A program made the position numbers and the translations under genes. The notes beneath the pieces were generated by a model that saw only the letters and a program-made list of their open reading frames with translations, ran no database searches and was not told the DNA's origin. Positions 13,891-27,819 of a DNA stretch of 64,000 nucleotides are shown here, one piece after another. Position 1 is the stretch's first letter; every line of letters starts with the position of its first letter. The stretch comes from the human T2T-CHM13v2.0 reference genome, Homo sapiens: assembly GCF_009914755.1 (NCBI RefSeq), contig NC_060930.1. One strand, 5' to 3'.

Positions 13891-14601
13891 GCATGAAGAC
13901 CGAAAAGTAAAAAGCACTCTGAATTACACTAGTTGGAAGAAAAGCAATCTGACTTATGAAAACTTTATAACATAATACTGTTTAAATGTTTTCTTTTTGG
14001 ACATATTCAGTAACTGCAACAGGCAAAAAAGAATCACTTACTTAATATATTTATTACTTGGCAGAAATACATAAGGAGCTTGGTTTAATGAAGCCTGAAA
14101 TATATTTTCAATAATCATTGTAAACACTAAAAATTCAAGGAGCAGCTTCTCAGCCAAGAGCTTGACATATAGTAGGCACTGAATAAATGTTCTGAATTTT
14201 AAAAGTGTTTATTGAAAAATGTTACAGACTTCAGGTTAAGCATAATAGTCTGAACACATATGTTTATCTCTAGTCTCCCCTGGAAGCCAATTAAAATGAG
14301 GCTAGAGCATGATAAGCAAATAAATAATAATAAAGTATAACACAGAGAAACAAAGAAAACATTACAGAAGATGGAAGCAAATGAAGATATCCACAAAAAT
14401 TGAAGAAGAAAATTAAAAGGAAGAGTGAACATTGACTTAACAGAGTGAGGAAACCTATGTGCCTGTAGGGGAGAAGAGAGAAAGACACTAAGACATAAGC
14501 AATTCATGTCACTGAACTGGGGAAAGGCCCAGGAATTGGAGTTCCAAGTTTCTATAAAAGCAAAATATTACTAATAAGCCCGGTAGCCCCAAAAGATGGG
14601 A

Positions 14602-15131
14602 TGTTTCCAATTACGTATTGCAGAGCAAATACATGAAACCAAAAGTGAGCATCAAGCAAAGCAAGATTTATTCAATAGCCAGGGAATAGAGAAGTGGGAA
14701 TGTGGCTTGCAAATCAACTTCTCAACTAGTGAAGGATGACGAGGTTAAAATATAGAGTCTCTTTAATGAAGGGTTTGTACAGTAAAAGCAAAGGGAGCAA
14801 TATTCATGCCTTTTCCAGAATAGGGTGGTAAACTTCTCTGAACCAGTAGTGCTGTCTTCCTTTTTTCCTTTTATGACTTCTTCCAGTTGTTGTCATGGTG
14901 ATTATCAACTGTCATGGCACTGGTGAGAGTGTCATCTAGATGGAAATGAGATTATAATGAAGCGTAAGGTCTTTTTAAGTCATTTGATAGGCTATCTTGG
15001 TTCTAACCAGTCTCAGCTGGTCTGATTACAAAGGGAAATTCTTACAGTAGACATCCTGTTTCTTAAAGATAAGCAAAGTTAGAGAAGGGCAAAAATTTGG
15101 CTATGGAATGTAGACATTACATCAGATAACA
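14602..15131 (-). mobile_element. ERV1-class solo LTR (MER31/MER67-like)
   Basis: tg...ca ends; reverse AATAAA (tttatt ~14667); tgtcatggcactggtgagagtgtc..ctatcttggttctaaccagt motif. Confidence 0.6.
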
Positions 15132-15405
15132 AAAGGTCAGGGGCAGAAGTAAAAACAGCATGATTGGTTAAAAGTTTATGTGAGAAGCAGTTAGATCTTA
15201 CAAGTTCTCTTTCTTGTCCAGGATGGCGGAAGTTTACTCTTTGGGGAAGCCTCTAACATGGAAGACAGACATCTAAACAAACAAGTAAACAGGGAATTTG
15301 ATGTAACAGAGCAATGAAAAGAACTGGGACAATTCTAAAACACTAATATTAGCATATAAGATACAGTAGCCACTAAACTATAACATGTTATTAAAAATAA
15401 TAAGG

Positions 15406-16309
15406 GCTACTTTTTAATGGGGTCTTTTTTCTTCTTGTAAATTTAAGTTCCTAAAGGACATGAACAGACACTTCTCAAAAGAAGACATACATGTGTCCAA
15501 CAATCATATAAAAAAAGCTCAAAGCTCAACATCACTGATCAATCATTAGAGAAAGGCAAATTAAAACCACAATGAAATACCACCTCTCACCAGTCAGAAT
15601 GTCTATTATTAAAAAGTCGAAAAACAATAGATGCTGGTAAGGTTGTGGAGAAAAAGGAATGCTTACACACTGTTTGTGGGAGTGTAAATCAGTTCAGCCA
15701 TTATGGAAGACAGTGTGGCAATTTCTCAAAGACCTAAAGACAGAAATATCATTTGACCCAGCAATCCCATTACTGGTTACTTACCCAAAGAAATATAAAT
15801 CATTCTATTATAAAGACACATGCACATGTATGTTCATTGCAACACTATTCACAATAGCAAAGACATGGAATCAACCTAAACGCCCATTAGCGATAGACTG
15901 GATAATGAAAACGTGGTATATATGCACCATAGAATGCTATGCAGTCATGAAAAAGAATGAGATCATATCCTTTGCAGGAACATGGATGGAACGGAAGGCC
16001 ATTATCCTTAGCAAAGTAATGCAGAAACAGAGAATCAAATACTGCATGTTATCACGTATAAGTGAGAGCTAAACATATGGACACATAGAGGGGAACAACA
16101 CACACTAGGACCTATCAGAGGGTGGAGGATAGGAGAAGGGAGAAGATCAGGAGAAATAACTAATGGGTACTAGGCTTAATACCTGGGTGATGAAATAAAA
16201 TACCTGGGTGATGAAATAATCTGTACAATAAATCCCCATGACATACATTTACCTATGCAACAAACCTGCACATGTACCTCTGAAATGAAAGTAAAAGTAT
16301 AAAAAAAAA
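15406..16309 (+). mobile_element. 5'-truncated L1PA (L1PA13-like) with short 5' inversion
   Basis: ORF2 C-terminal remnant (15659-16072) and 3'UTR; inverted 15406-15452; TSD aaaaataataagg on both sides. Confidence 0.92.
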
Positions 16310-17019
16310 TAATAAGGACCATTCAGGGAAGAATAAATTTAATGAAATATGAAACATACTAAAATAAAAGTTTCAATAGAAGAGCTGTGAAGTAAAGTTG
16401 AGGAAATACTTCAAAATTAAAATGAAAAGGGAAAGAGATGAAAAAGAGAAGGCAAAAGATGAGAAAACCAGAGGCTTTCTTTAGGAAGGTAGATATGTTA
16501 CTAATAGGAGTTCCAGAAATATCATGCAGAAAAACTAGAGAGAAATAAATAATAGTAATAAAAACATAGAAGAACTCTCCCAACTAAAGGATGTGATCTC
16601 CAGATTTGAAAGAGCTCACCAAGTTGCCTGCACAATCATTTAGAAAGACCCATATACAGGCATATCTTTATGAAATAGTGAAATAACTAGGTATCAAGAG
16701 GAGATACTAAAAATTTCCAGAGAGAGTAAACAAAACTAAACAGAAAAAAAATAAACAAACACAAATGAAAATAGATTACATACAAAAAAACAGGACGTGG
16801 AATGGTAAAAGAACCCTAAGTAGCCAGAAAACAATGGAAACGTTTTCAAAGTCTCAGGTGAATAAAGCGATCTTCAACCTAGATTTATATACACAGCCAA
16901 ATTATTCATAAAGTGAGAGTATAAAATAAAAATACAAGATTTTTTTAAAAAGTACCTCCCTTATATCCTTTCTTGGGAGATCATAATGATGAAAATTAAA
17001 AAAAAAAAAAGAACCTTAT

Positions 17020-17230
17020 ATAAAATTTACTGTTTCCAGGCCCTGTTCTAAGCATTTTGTATATAGTAATTCATTCTAACCTTATAGAATTCTTGTGGAG
17101 CAGCTACTATTATGAAAAAGCTGAGGCACAGAGAAGTTGCAATTCTTGCCCATGGTCACCCCAGTTAGTAATGGAGAAAATGAGATATGAGCCAGCGTTC
17201 AGGGTCAGCGCTCTTATTGCCTGTTACACT
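17020..17230 (-). mobile_element. MIR
   Basis: aagctgaggcacagagaagtt..cttgcccatggtcacc core. Confidence 0.75.
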
Positions 17231-17700
17231 GCCCCTCAGAAATGCTGAGACAGGAAGGAGAAGTTATACACCATGTGGCTCAGCCGAGAGTAATATTCAC
17301 ATGGGCATAATAATGGAAAACTTGAAAACAGGTTTCACAAAAGTTATGTAACTATTTTGGGAGATGTGGAGAAGTGAGAGCAAGTGGGAGAGGTGTTGAG
17401 AGTAACTAGAGTCAAATTCTCACCTTTCTTAGCATCAGGTGAATAGGCACTCTCTCAAGTGGGAAAAATCAAGCTCTGTCTAGCACATAGAATGGACTCA
17501 ATAAATGTTTGTGAGTGAATAAACAATGTTTGTGAGTGGTATTCCAGGTCTATGTCTCACATCTTCATTTGTATATTTACATGGCAGTGTAATAGAAAGA
17601 TTGGAAAAATCACTTTTATCTGTCTCTGATGTGCTATGTATGTCATGGAGAAATGTTTATGACAAATTTAACTAAAAAATAGTAAAGCACGATACTATAA

Positions 17701-18017
17701 TTCTTTTTCTTTTTCTTTTTCTTTTTGAGACAGGGTCTTTCTCTGTTGCCCAGGCCAGAGTGTAGTGGTCCAATCACAGCTCATTGAAGCCTCAAACTCC
17801 TGGGCTCAAAGGATCCTCCTGCCTCAGCCTCCCAAATAGCTGGGACTACACACATGTGCCACAATGCCTGGTTTATTTTATTTTATTTTATTTTATTGTA
17901 GAGACAGGGTCTCGCTATGTTGGCCAGACTGATCTCAAACTCCTGCCTTCAAGTGATCCTCCTACCTCAGCCTTTCAAATTGTTGGGATTACAGGCATGA
18001 GCCACTGCGCCTGGCCC
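17701..18017 (-). mobile_element. AluJ SINE
   Basis: Full dimer on reverse strand; TSD-like ctataattc / ctacaattc. Confidence 0.92.
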
Positions 18018-19754
18018 TACAATTCCTTTTTTGAAATAATAGAATGTACACATGTTTATGTATTATTTACAAATAGGATTATATCTGTAGAATAAAATTT
18101 CTGAAGGGATAAATCCTTAAAATGTCATCAGTGAGGAGTGAGGTTGGGAAGAAGGGTTTGTTTTACTTGACATGTTGTTGTCATTTCTAAAATTTTACAA
18201 TGTGCATTTATCTTCATAATTAAAAACTAAAGATCTAAAATTTATTTAAATTGTTACCAATCATATTTTAATTAAAAAATGTTTTAAAGATCAACATTTT
18301 TATATTTTGTATTCTTAATACCTTGAGTTTATTTTATCATTGCTTCAGTCAACTATAGAAGTTCGTCAATTCTTGACAGAATAGATTAAGGAATGGCAAT
18401 TTGTTGCCATCAGGAAAACCACTCGCTTACTCTGAATTGTGGATTGAGATGGAACTGATGGGATTCTGGGCACAAAAACTGGGAAACTGGGAAGCTGCTT
18501 TGTTGGCAGCCACTGACCCAATAAAATCTTGACATACTTACATTTCCCTGGCTTCCAAGCCAATAGCAGTCAGGTGGGAGCATGCCAAGTAAGAAGGGCA
18601 ATAAACCCTGAATAATCTCATTGTGTGTCATTTTCTGGTGCCAGTGCCTGATGTGTAAGGCAACTGAAAGGTAGCAAAGAGGCTTATTTGTTCCCATCCA
18701 GAAACTTTACCAAAGATTCCTAGACACACACTCCCATTGTATTGTCTAAAGTCCTGGGTGGGCTCCTTTACGAAAGCAGCAATTTATAGGGAGAGGAGAG
18801 ACTTGCCAAGGCTCTAAACTTTTCACTTCCTATATTTGTTTTTTAATGTATTTATTCTAATTTTGAGGTAGGATTTCACTCAATCCTTCCCTATCACAAA
18901 AATTTAATGAAAGAGGGAAGGTAAAGCCAGGAAACTTGCCTCTCATACACACCTCATGTTGATTAGGGTGAGGGGTTGTTTGGGGGTTTTGTTTAGGTGG
19001 TGTCTTAAATTAAGCATATGGTTGGTTATGTACACACAGAGCTGGGAAGTGAAAGCATCACTTGTCCTTTAGTGGGAAAAGCTTCAAGTAAACAGAGTTT
19101 TTCATCCTTATTATGCCGAGAGCTGGAATAATAAATACAGATAGGAGGCAGACTCATACTCCAAATAATTTGTTGAAACTACGTTCACAGACGCAGCCTG
19201 TTTCTATTTGTGCAGTTGTTAGCCATAAGGACAGTCATAAACCTTGCTTGGTCTTGGACAAGTGCCTTGCCAATCACTCCTCACATCAACCCAGGCTTGG
19301 TGACTAAAATTAGTTGACACTGCCCAAGTGTTCAAACTATGATCGATTGTTTCAACTTTCAGGGCAGACCCTTGAGTTTGATTGGCAGATCAAAATGGCA
19401 ACTATCTTGTTGGAAGGGCAAAGGCTGCTCTGTGTCTGTATCTTATGATATAAACAAGGCTGCAAAGAAAAGAACAAAGAAGGCAGAATAAAAATAAACT
19501 GGAAAAATACCACAACAACGAAAAAGCTCATTGCTTAATTGTAAGAATGTAAGATATTTAATTAAATTGTCTTTCTGAAGCTTATGTACTAGTAATTCTT
19601 CATGTATTGTTCTGAGAAAAATAATTAAAAATGCATCAAAATTATACTTTTGTCATAAGCTTTTCTTGTCAGTTCTTTTGGAAAGAATCTAAGGTGTGTG
19701 ATCTAATAGGCTGGATCTACCAATATCCGTGTTTTTTAAAAGAAGTGAAATATT

Positions 19755-20069
<315 letters not shown>

Positions 20070-20269
20070 GAAGTGAAATATTGAGTAAATCATGTTAGAA
20101 ATAAATAATGACAAAACTCCTATATAGAGATTTGTGTTAATAACCAGATGTTTTGAAACTAAGTGGAATAAAATTTATGAATGTATTTTATCCTTAAATA
20201 TTTTTCAAAAAATCAAATAGTTTTTTTTTTCTTAGCGGAGCCCAGTTTCCTCATCTCCTATCTTAACCC

Positions 20270-20650
20270 ATTATATTTGGAGATTTAATCCTAACCTATC
20301 ACTAAAATTGCTTTTATCAAGGTCACACATGAGCTACATCTTGGGAAGCCAGTATCGGTCTGTCTTCCCTTAGTCTCCAGATAGTATCAGATGTAGTTCA
20401 CCACTCCATCCTACTACAAACTTTTTGTACTGCAGGCCCATGGCACTGCAATTGCCATATTATCATATTTTATTTTTTTCACATCTGAATGTGACTTTAT
20501 CTAAATGATTCTTTGTGTATGTGACCTGTCTCTCCCTACCTGAAGGTAAGCTCCATGAGGGCAGGGATTCTGCCTCCTCATTCATCGCTGTCTCACTACT
20601 GCCCAAAGCAGTGCTTGACATGTACAGTCTCCATACCTGATTGCTGAGGA
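20270..20650 (+). mobile_element. L2 fragments
   Basis: atcaaggtcac..; gtaagctccatgagggcaggga..cagtgcttgacatgta (L2 3' end). Confidence 0.6.
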
Positions 20651-20712
20651 AAAATATACCTTAGAACTGGTAAAATCAATCCGCCTTGTATTGTTAATTA
20701 AAGGCGAAATTT

Positions 20713-21015
20713 GGGCTTGGGGGCAGTGTTTTAATCCTGTAATTCTAGAATTTTGGGAGGAGAAGGTGGGTGGATAGCCTGAGCCCAGGAGTTCAAGACC
20801 AGAGTGGGCAACATGGTGAAAGCTCATCTCTAAAAAAATAGAAAAATAGCCAGGCATGGTGGAATGTGCCTGTAGTCCCTTGGGAGGCTGAGGCAGGAGG
20901 ATGACTTGAGGCCTTGGGAAGTCATGGCTGCAGTGAGCTGTGATCACACCACTGTACTCCAGCCTGAGTGACAGAGTGAGACCCTGCCTCAAAACTAAAA
21001 TAAAACAAAATAAAA
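20713..21015 (+). mobile_element. AluJ (Jo-like) SINE
   Basis: tgagcccaggagttcaagacc, ggaggatgacttgagg, gagctgtgatc; TSD taaaaggcgaaatt / taaaaggtaagatt. Confidence 0.9.
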
Positions 21016-21239
21016 GGTAAGATTAAACCCATTTTCAAAATGCATAATTTAAATTTGAGAGCTTTCCTCTTGCCCCATTCCTAAACAGCTGCTCCAAATG
21101 AACTTTTTTCAGCACCATAAGATTTGCCTTGGGCTCGCCTTGCCCTTCCATGGCACAGGACCAACACTTGCCTTTTACGTTTCTTAGTTGAGAAAAAATT
21201 TGAGAAACTAACACGTATCATTTAAAAACCAACTATTTT

Positions 21240-21569
<330 letters not shown>

Positions 21570-22669
21570 TTATTGTTTGGGATAATGTTGCAATTTCTGT
21601 ATTGTGACTTCAATTGCCCACAGATTACATCTTTTACAGGGGAGGGAAAAGGTGGAAGACTGTGGGTCTTATTTCTCAAGACAGTATCTTTCTTCAGAGC
21701 CAACAAGCTCCCCAAGTTGAGTTTCATCCAACTTTGTGGCTCCCAGCAGGATGAGATCTTGTACTCACATGCAGCATCTCCTGAGCTAATAATAAACAAT
21801 GCTACAGAAACCCCAAAGACAATGTAGTGACAGGTGACGGAACTCTCAGATGCTCCTAGACTCTGCCAAGTAGAATGAGTATCTTAGCACAGCTGTGTTG
21901 TCTATGCAAAAGAAACCCTTCTCAATATCTTATGATATTTAATATAGTCATGTTCTTCAGGTAATTTTCCATGTAGCATTGATCAAGCACATCAACTTTA
22001 AAGACACTCTTCTCTTTTAAGCTATTATTGGGGAAAATCCTATTATTTAAATTTTAGGGAAGTGATTCCTACCTAACTCACCAAATGCACTGAGATATGA
22101 TTATGTGTAGGCCCATTTGCGATTTTTATTTTTCAATCTTGTTTATAATGGAGAGGAGATGACATGCCCTCTCTCCCTTTTTGTTAGTAATGTTTCATAC
22201 AAGCAGCAGTTCTTCCAAGTGAGTTTCACACTACTCAGTACTTCTGTTTTCTCTCTCTTATGCACTGAACTCACTTGAACTGATTCAGAAATGGTACATG
22301 TCGAGGGGTTACCCAGACCCAGCCTCTTCCTATACTTCAGGGCCTATATTTATATCTGACTCATCTCAGAGGACCGATGTATGGATTACTTAGAACAGGC
22401 TCACAAAGGATCTTGAAGTCCTTAGATAAGCATGCTATATAATTTGGGGCATGACTATTAAAAATACTTGACCTTGGTATATAATTATTCCATAGGCAGC
22501 CACAGAGAAGCCCTTTCTTGAATAAATGTTTTAATTTCTAGAAAAAGCATTCTACACATGTCATTCCATGTTGAACTCTTAGAGCACAAAAAACAACCTA
22601 AAACAGAAAAACCTCAATAACGTTTTTCAGTAAGAAGATATTATAAAATAACTTCAATTTGAGAAGATT

Positions 22670-23410
22670 CATTGGCTGATTATCATGTGTTAAGCATTGT
22701 GCTAGGATCTGTGGATAAAGAGAGGTCACAATTCAACACAGGTAATAAACATGCACACCGTACATCTAGCCATAATCTGGGTGATAGGTACCAAACTAAC
22801 AGTATGAAAAAACATTAAGAGACTAATTCTGACTAGCATGGTATGTATCTGTCTTAGAGAAGGCTATAGGCTGGTCATTAATTCAAAAATTATTGGTTGA
22901 ACATATACTATACCCTGAGCTGAGCTTCACAGGAAAATGATATTTGAGTTGAGCTGATGAGCAGAACTTGAGAGGGATGTTCCCATTAGAAAGTGCAGCA
23001 TGTGTGATACCCAAAAGAAACTGACATGTTCTGAGAATGTTGAATGTTCTTGTGTGGTAGAACCAAGGCTGTGGCTGGGGAAACCACAGAGATAGAGTCC
23101 AGGAATTTGGGGTGGGTCCATAGAATTTTGGGCCTGGAACACCTGGCCAGAGAGTCTGGAATTAATCTAAGTACCAGAGTCATCAAAGATGCTTTGTTTT
23201 GTTCTTTTTCTTTTTTTTTTTTTAACAGTGGAGTAATCTGATGAACTTTGTATTTTAAAAATCCCAGTCAGGAGTCAGGATAAAGGAGGGCTTAGCAGGA
23301 ACAAGACTGGAATCAAGGAGAACAGTTAGGAAGACGCTACAATATTTAGACAAAGATGGTACAGACCTAAATTAGAACAACAGCTGTGAGAATGGAGAAC
23401 AAGAATAGTA
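22670..23410 (-). mobile_element. L2 fragments
   Basis: Degenerate reverse-strand L2 pattern (gcattgtgctagga..ctgagctgag..cagttaggaagacgctacaata). Confidence 0.55.
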
Positions 23411-23804
23411 TTAGAAAAGATGCCATAAACTGACAACACCACAAACCCAACTTTGTCTTAAATGACTTGTTTGAAGTATACAATATGAGTTTGTTTTTAC
23501 TTGAATTCATTGACAACATCATAAAATCTGAAGACTACATAAAACCTAAATTTCTACCTCCTCTTTAGAAATATAGTAGATTTGCAGTACTGAGCCACAT
23601 TTCCTCATGACAATACCTTGCCTGGCAGTAAGAAGCATATGCTCTTTTTAGACAACATACGCTCCCCACCTGACCACATACCCTTCCACCAATTCCAGCC
23701 TGTTTTATTTTATCTGCCAGGCTCCTATAGACGTTTGAGAGTGATTTCTGAGATTATCTGAAAAAAAAAAAAAAATCAACAGGTCGCTGTGGTTAATAAG
23801 TATG

Positions 23805-24320
23805 AGAGAGTGAGAGAAGACGTGCAGTTTCAGCCCCAGAGGTTGATGGGTAGAAAGGAAGGAGTGAGGAGGGAGAGGCAGGTTCAGTTCCAGAGGTTGA
23901 TGGGGTGATGGGCAGAAATGAAGGAGTGAGGGAGCAGAGGCAGGTTCAGCCCCAGAGGCTGATGGGTAGAAAGGAAGGAGTGAGGAAGCAGGGGCAGGTT
24001 CAGCCCCAGAGGTTAGCGGGTAGAAAGGAAGGAGTGAAGGAGCAGTAGCAGGTTCAGCCCCTGAGGTTGATGGGTAGAAAGGAAGGAGTGAGGGAGTAGG
24101 GGCAGGTTCGGCCCCAAAGGTTGATGGGTAGAAAGGAAGGAGTGAGGGAGGAGGGGCAGGTTCAGCCCTAGAAAGTTGATGTGTATAGAGAAAGGAGTGA
24201 GGGAACAGGGGCAGGTTCAGCCCCAGAGGTTGATGGGTAGAAAGGAAGGAGTGAGGGAGCAGGGTCAGGTTCAGCCCCTGAGGTTGATAGGCATAAGAGA
24301 ATGAGGGAGCAGGGGCAGGT
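23805..24320. repeat. 54-bp minisatellite, ~9.5 copies
   Basis: Unit GCAGGTTCAGCCCCAGAGGTTGATGGGTAGAAAGGAAGGAGTGAGGGAGCAGGG recurring at 23940, 23994, 24048, 24102, 24156, 24210, 24264; one unit has an 8-bp insertion. Confidence 0.95.
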
Positions 24321-25229
24321 GAGTGGCAGTAGGTGATAATTTGAGATGTAACTACTTGAGATAAGGAGCATGGGAAAAGGAACAACTTTGGTGAGTGAGA
24401 TTATTAGTTCCATTTTGGACATGCTGAGTTAGTCTATTTTAAATGGATCTATCTACTGGTGTGATTAAAGGAAAAACCATTTCTTATAAGCCTTTATAAA
24501 CAGATAGACTCTCCATTAAACCAACCTGTTAATTTTCTTTTTTTCTGCCAAAAAATCTTTGATCCAAAACATATAAATGTTCTGTGTGCATAAGGAGATG
24601 TCATTTTTGTCAAATTTACATTTAAAGTGTCACAAGAAATTTTTATTCCTCCTGTCATTATTTATATGAAGGAAAGTATTGCCAAAATTAAAGGCAAAGG
24701 AAATTAGCTTTTCTAGTTAATGTCATAAGACATTAAATATTTTCACTCTGATGGAGTAAAAAATTAGAAAATTTTCAAAAACCTTTACGGAGTTAATTTA
24801 ATCTTACTAGAAAGGGCTATAAAGATACTAAGAAGGTGATTTTTTCCCCTACTGAGGAAAAATAACAAGATAAATGAGTTTTAGCCCTGAAAGTAATTAA
24901 AGACATGTTGTTTATGGAGAATTAATAGGTTGTTCCACATTATAAACTATCCTCTCTCCACCTTCCTCCTATTCACTCAGAGTACTTAAACGTCCACTCT
25001 GGAGTTCCAGTACATACCCATCTCTCTCTTCTCTAAACCCTTTACTTTTAGTTTCTGTAATAAGAGTTCAGCACTCATGCCTTCCTATAATGGTTTCATT
25101 TGTCTTCTTTTCACTTCTTTTAAAAGGCAGTAAGTTCATGAATAAAGAAAACAAAGTTATGTTTCTTCTGTGGTCCCCAGAATACTGTGCACACATTAAG
25201 TACTTATAAATAATTTTGTCTGGTTGAGA

Positions 25230-25700
25230 GACAATACTAAGAGATAATAAAGCACAAGTTCTAGACCCAGCCTGATCCCAACTTCTTCACTTACTAGCTG
25301 TGTAATACCAGTAAGTTATATAACCCTTTTCTGCCTCAATCTCATCATTTGTAAAATGATAGTATCTGTGTCATAGGGTTGTTGAGATGATTTTTAAAAA
25401 GTTAACTAATGGAACACTTAGTGCGTGGCATATAGTAAGTTCTCAATAAGTATTAGCTATTGTTATCATAAGTCTAGGCTCTGATACAAGTTGTCCAACC
25501 TTGGGTAAATTATTGCATCTTCTTGCGCCTGAGTTGTTTCTTCCAGAAAATAGAGATACTCGTAGTTCTTGCTGCGTAGCATTTTTCAGTAATTAAATGG
25601 AATACCGTATGTAAAATATTCTTTGAATAACGACTGGAACATAGCAGGTGCTCAAAAACTATTAGCTATTATTATTATTATCAGTATCATTATTTTATTA
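25230..25700 (+). mobile_element. Two tandem MIR copies
   Basis: Two successive MIR core/3' ends, each ending tattagctatt. Confidence 0.75.
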
Positions 25701-26261
25701 GTGCCAAAGTAGCCAGTGAATTGGTTGGTTGAGGAAAGAGAAGTAAGTGTGTTGGGAGAGAAAAAAAAAAATCTAGATTTCTAACAGGTAGAAATCTACA
25801 ATGTTCTCATATATTTTAATACCTTTTTTGCCAAGGAAATACCATCACTTTTTACCATATATGAACAACTAGTCCCACGTGGACACTTCAAGTCAGCAAA
25901 GTGGTAAAAGCTCAATGATACACTCTCATCAGTATCATTTGTACAAAGGCAAAGCTGAGAATTGTCACTACAAATACATGGGGAAAGGTTTGCTAAGCAA
26001 ATTAACAGTACAAACAATAGTTTTCAATAAATTGGTATTTTTTAGAATAAATTGGTATTCAGTACTTTATAAATGCCCATTTATACATAGGAAATTAATA
26101 TGCTCCAATTTCAAACTACCACTCTCTCAATGTCTGCTATTTAGAAACATATTTACAAACTAGTTTTGGTGACCATGCATCTTTAAAATAATAAAATGTA
26201 ATTTATTTTAATTTAGCAAACACAAGTGTTAGAGAAATTTTTAAGTAATTATAGTTTAATT

Positions 26262-26470
26262 CAACATAATGCCATTTTACACCAACTATGTGTCAAGTTC
26301 TGTTCGAATATTATTTCATTTAACCTAACAATATCCTTGCCAGTATGTATTATTATCCCATAGCTACTAGAGGTTAAGCAACTAGCCTTGGTCACCCAGC
26401 TCATGCAGTTGCGATAGGATCTTAACCCAGGCCTGTCTATTCTAAAATCCATGTCTCTTTCTATATCATG
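26262..26470 (-). mobile_element. MIR
   Basis: gaggttaagcaactagcc..ggtcacccagct..aacccaggcctgtct. Confidence 0.7.
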
Positions 26471-26566
26471 TAGTATTTAGAAAACATTTATATGAATAAT
26501 GTGCTGCCCTCCAAATATGTATGGGTTGAAAATACTAAATAAGCTGGTCACTCATGTAATTTAGTA

Positions 26567-26886
26567 TCAATCGTGCAACATTTAATGACAGGTATACTTT
26601 CTGAGAAATGTGTCATTAGGTGACTTCCTCATTATGCTGACATCACAGAGTGTAGTTAGATAAACCTAGATGATATATGTATTTTTTATTTATATTTTTT
26701 ATATGGAAAACCAAATGCCCCAGCACTATTACTAAATATTAACCATTTCCTCTACTCAATCTGCAATGCTAGTATCAAATGACATATATCAAATTTCTAT
26801 ATATGCTCCATCATAATCTTACAGGACCACCATCATATATGTGGTCCATCATGGACCAAAATGTTGTTATGTGTTGCATGACTGTA
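26567..26886. mobile_element. TcMar-Tigger MITE (Tigger3/MER7-like)
   Basis: ttctgagaaatgtgtcattaggtga..ggaccaccatcatatatgtggtcc..gcatgactg followed by TA. Confidence 0.75.
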
Positions 26887-26989
26887 TTTGACTTTTATTG
26901 ATTTCTGCCTAAATACATTTTAAAAATGTATTTTTAAAATTACATTTAATGTAATGTAGTGTAATAAAATGTAATGCAACAATTTTCCT

Positions 26990-27330
26990 CTATAGACTAC
27001 ATTCAAGGAATGTACTATACATGCTCATAGGATGTATCACAAAAACGTTATGTTGAGCCGATAGAAGCCTGGTGCAAGAGAATGGAATGGATGACCCCAT
27101 TTATATGAAGTTCTAGAACAGCCTAACCCAATCTTTAGTGACAAAAATCAGTTCAGTTTGCTAGAGTTAGGGTGGGGTAGGGTGAGAAATGGATTGACTA
27201 CAGAGGGATATGAGAGAACTTTCAGGGGGTGAAACAAAATTTCTAGATCTTAATTGGGATTGTAGTTACACAGGTATATACGTTTGTCAAAACTCATCAA
27301 ATAGTACATTAGAATATAGAAAATTTTAAA
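26990..27330 (+). mobile_element. Ancient L1M (L1ME-like) 3' fragment
   Basis: ccatttatatgaagttctagaaca..gttacacaggtatatacgtttgtcaaaactcatcaa. Confidence 0.7.
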
Positions 27331-27486
27331 AATGAAACAGAAAAGAGGGATTTATACACAAGATAACACAATTTCTGATTTTCGTTTATTAGATTATAGC
27401 AACCTAATAAACGTTAGTGGCCAATATTGGCCAGAAAAAAAAAACAAAAACGGAATTAGTTATTTTAATATCAGAAGAGTAGAGTT

Positions 27487-27819
27487 AGCCAGGCGCGGTG
27501 GTTCACGCCTGTAATTCCAGCACTTTGGAAGGTTGAGGAGGGCAGATCAGCTGAGGTCAGGAGTTCAAGACCAGCCTGGCCAACACGGTGAAACCCCGTC
27601 TCTACTAAAAATCCAAAAAAAAAAAAAAAAAAAAAATCAGCTGTGCATGGTGGTGTGTGCCTGTAGTCCCAGCTACTCAGGAGGCTGAGGCAGGAGAATT
27701 GCTTGAACCCAGAGGGGGTGGGGGCGTGGGGCGAGGTTGCAGTGAGCTGAGATTGCACCACTGGACTCTAGCTTGCGTGACAGAGTCGACTCCGTCTCAT
27801 AACAAACAAACTAAAAAAA
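27487..27819 (+). mobile_element. AluS (Sx-like) SINE with G-rich insertion and long central A tract
   Basis: Full dimer; TSD aagagtagagtt / aagagtagcggtt. Confidence 0.92.

Larger units (their letters stand above)
14225..16980 (+). mobile_element. Ancient L1M 5'/ORF1-region relic, fragmented by later insertions
   Basis: A-rich degenerate ORF1-like text at 16320-16980 (ctaataggagttccagaa..ccagatttgaaagagctcacca..tcaacctagatttatatacacagccaaattat). Confidence 0.55.

Noticed and set aside
13501-13975. His/Thr- and Cys/Val-rich ORFs
   Set aside because: Translations of CA-rich low-complexity sequence
23805-24320. Regularly spaced repeats as a CRISPR-like array
   Set aside because: Units are head-to-tail with no unique spacers, the context is human and there are no cas genes; it is a minisatellite
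23705-24422. 226-aa and 84-aa ORFs as a repeat protein gene
   Set aside because: Open frames follow from a stop-free 54-bp unit; non-ATG or weak starts, a frame switch at the 8-bp insertion, no exon support
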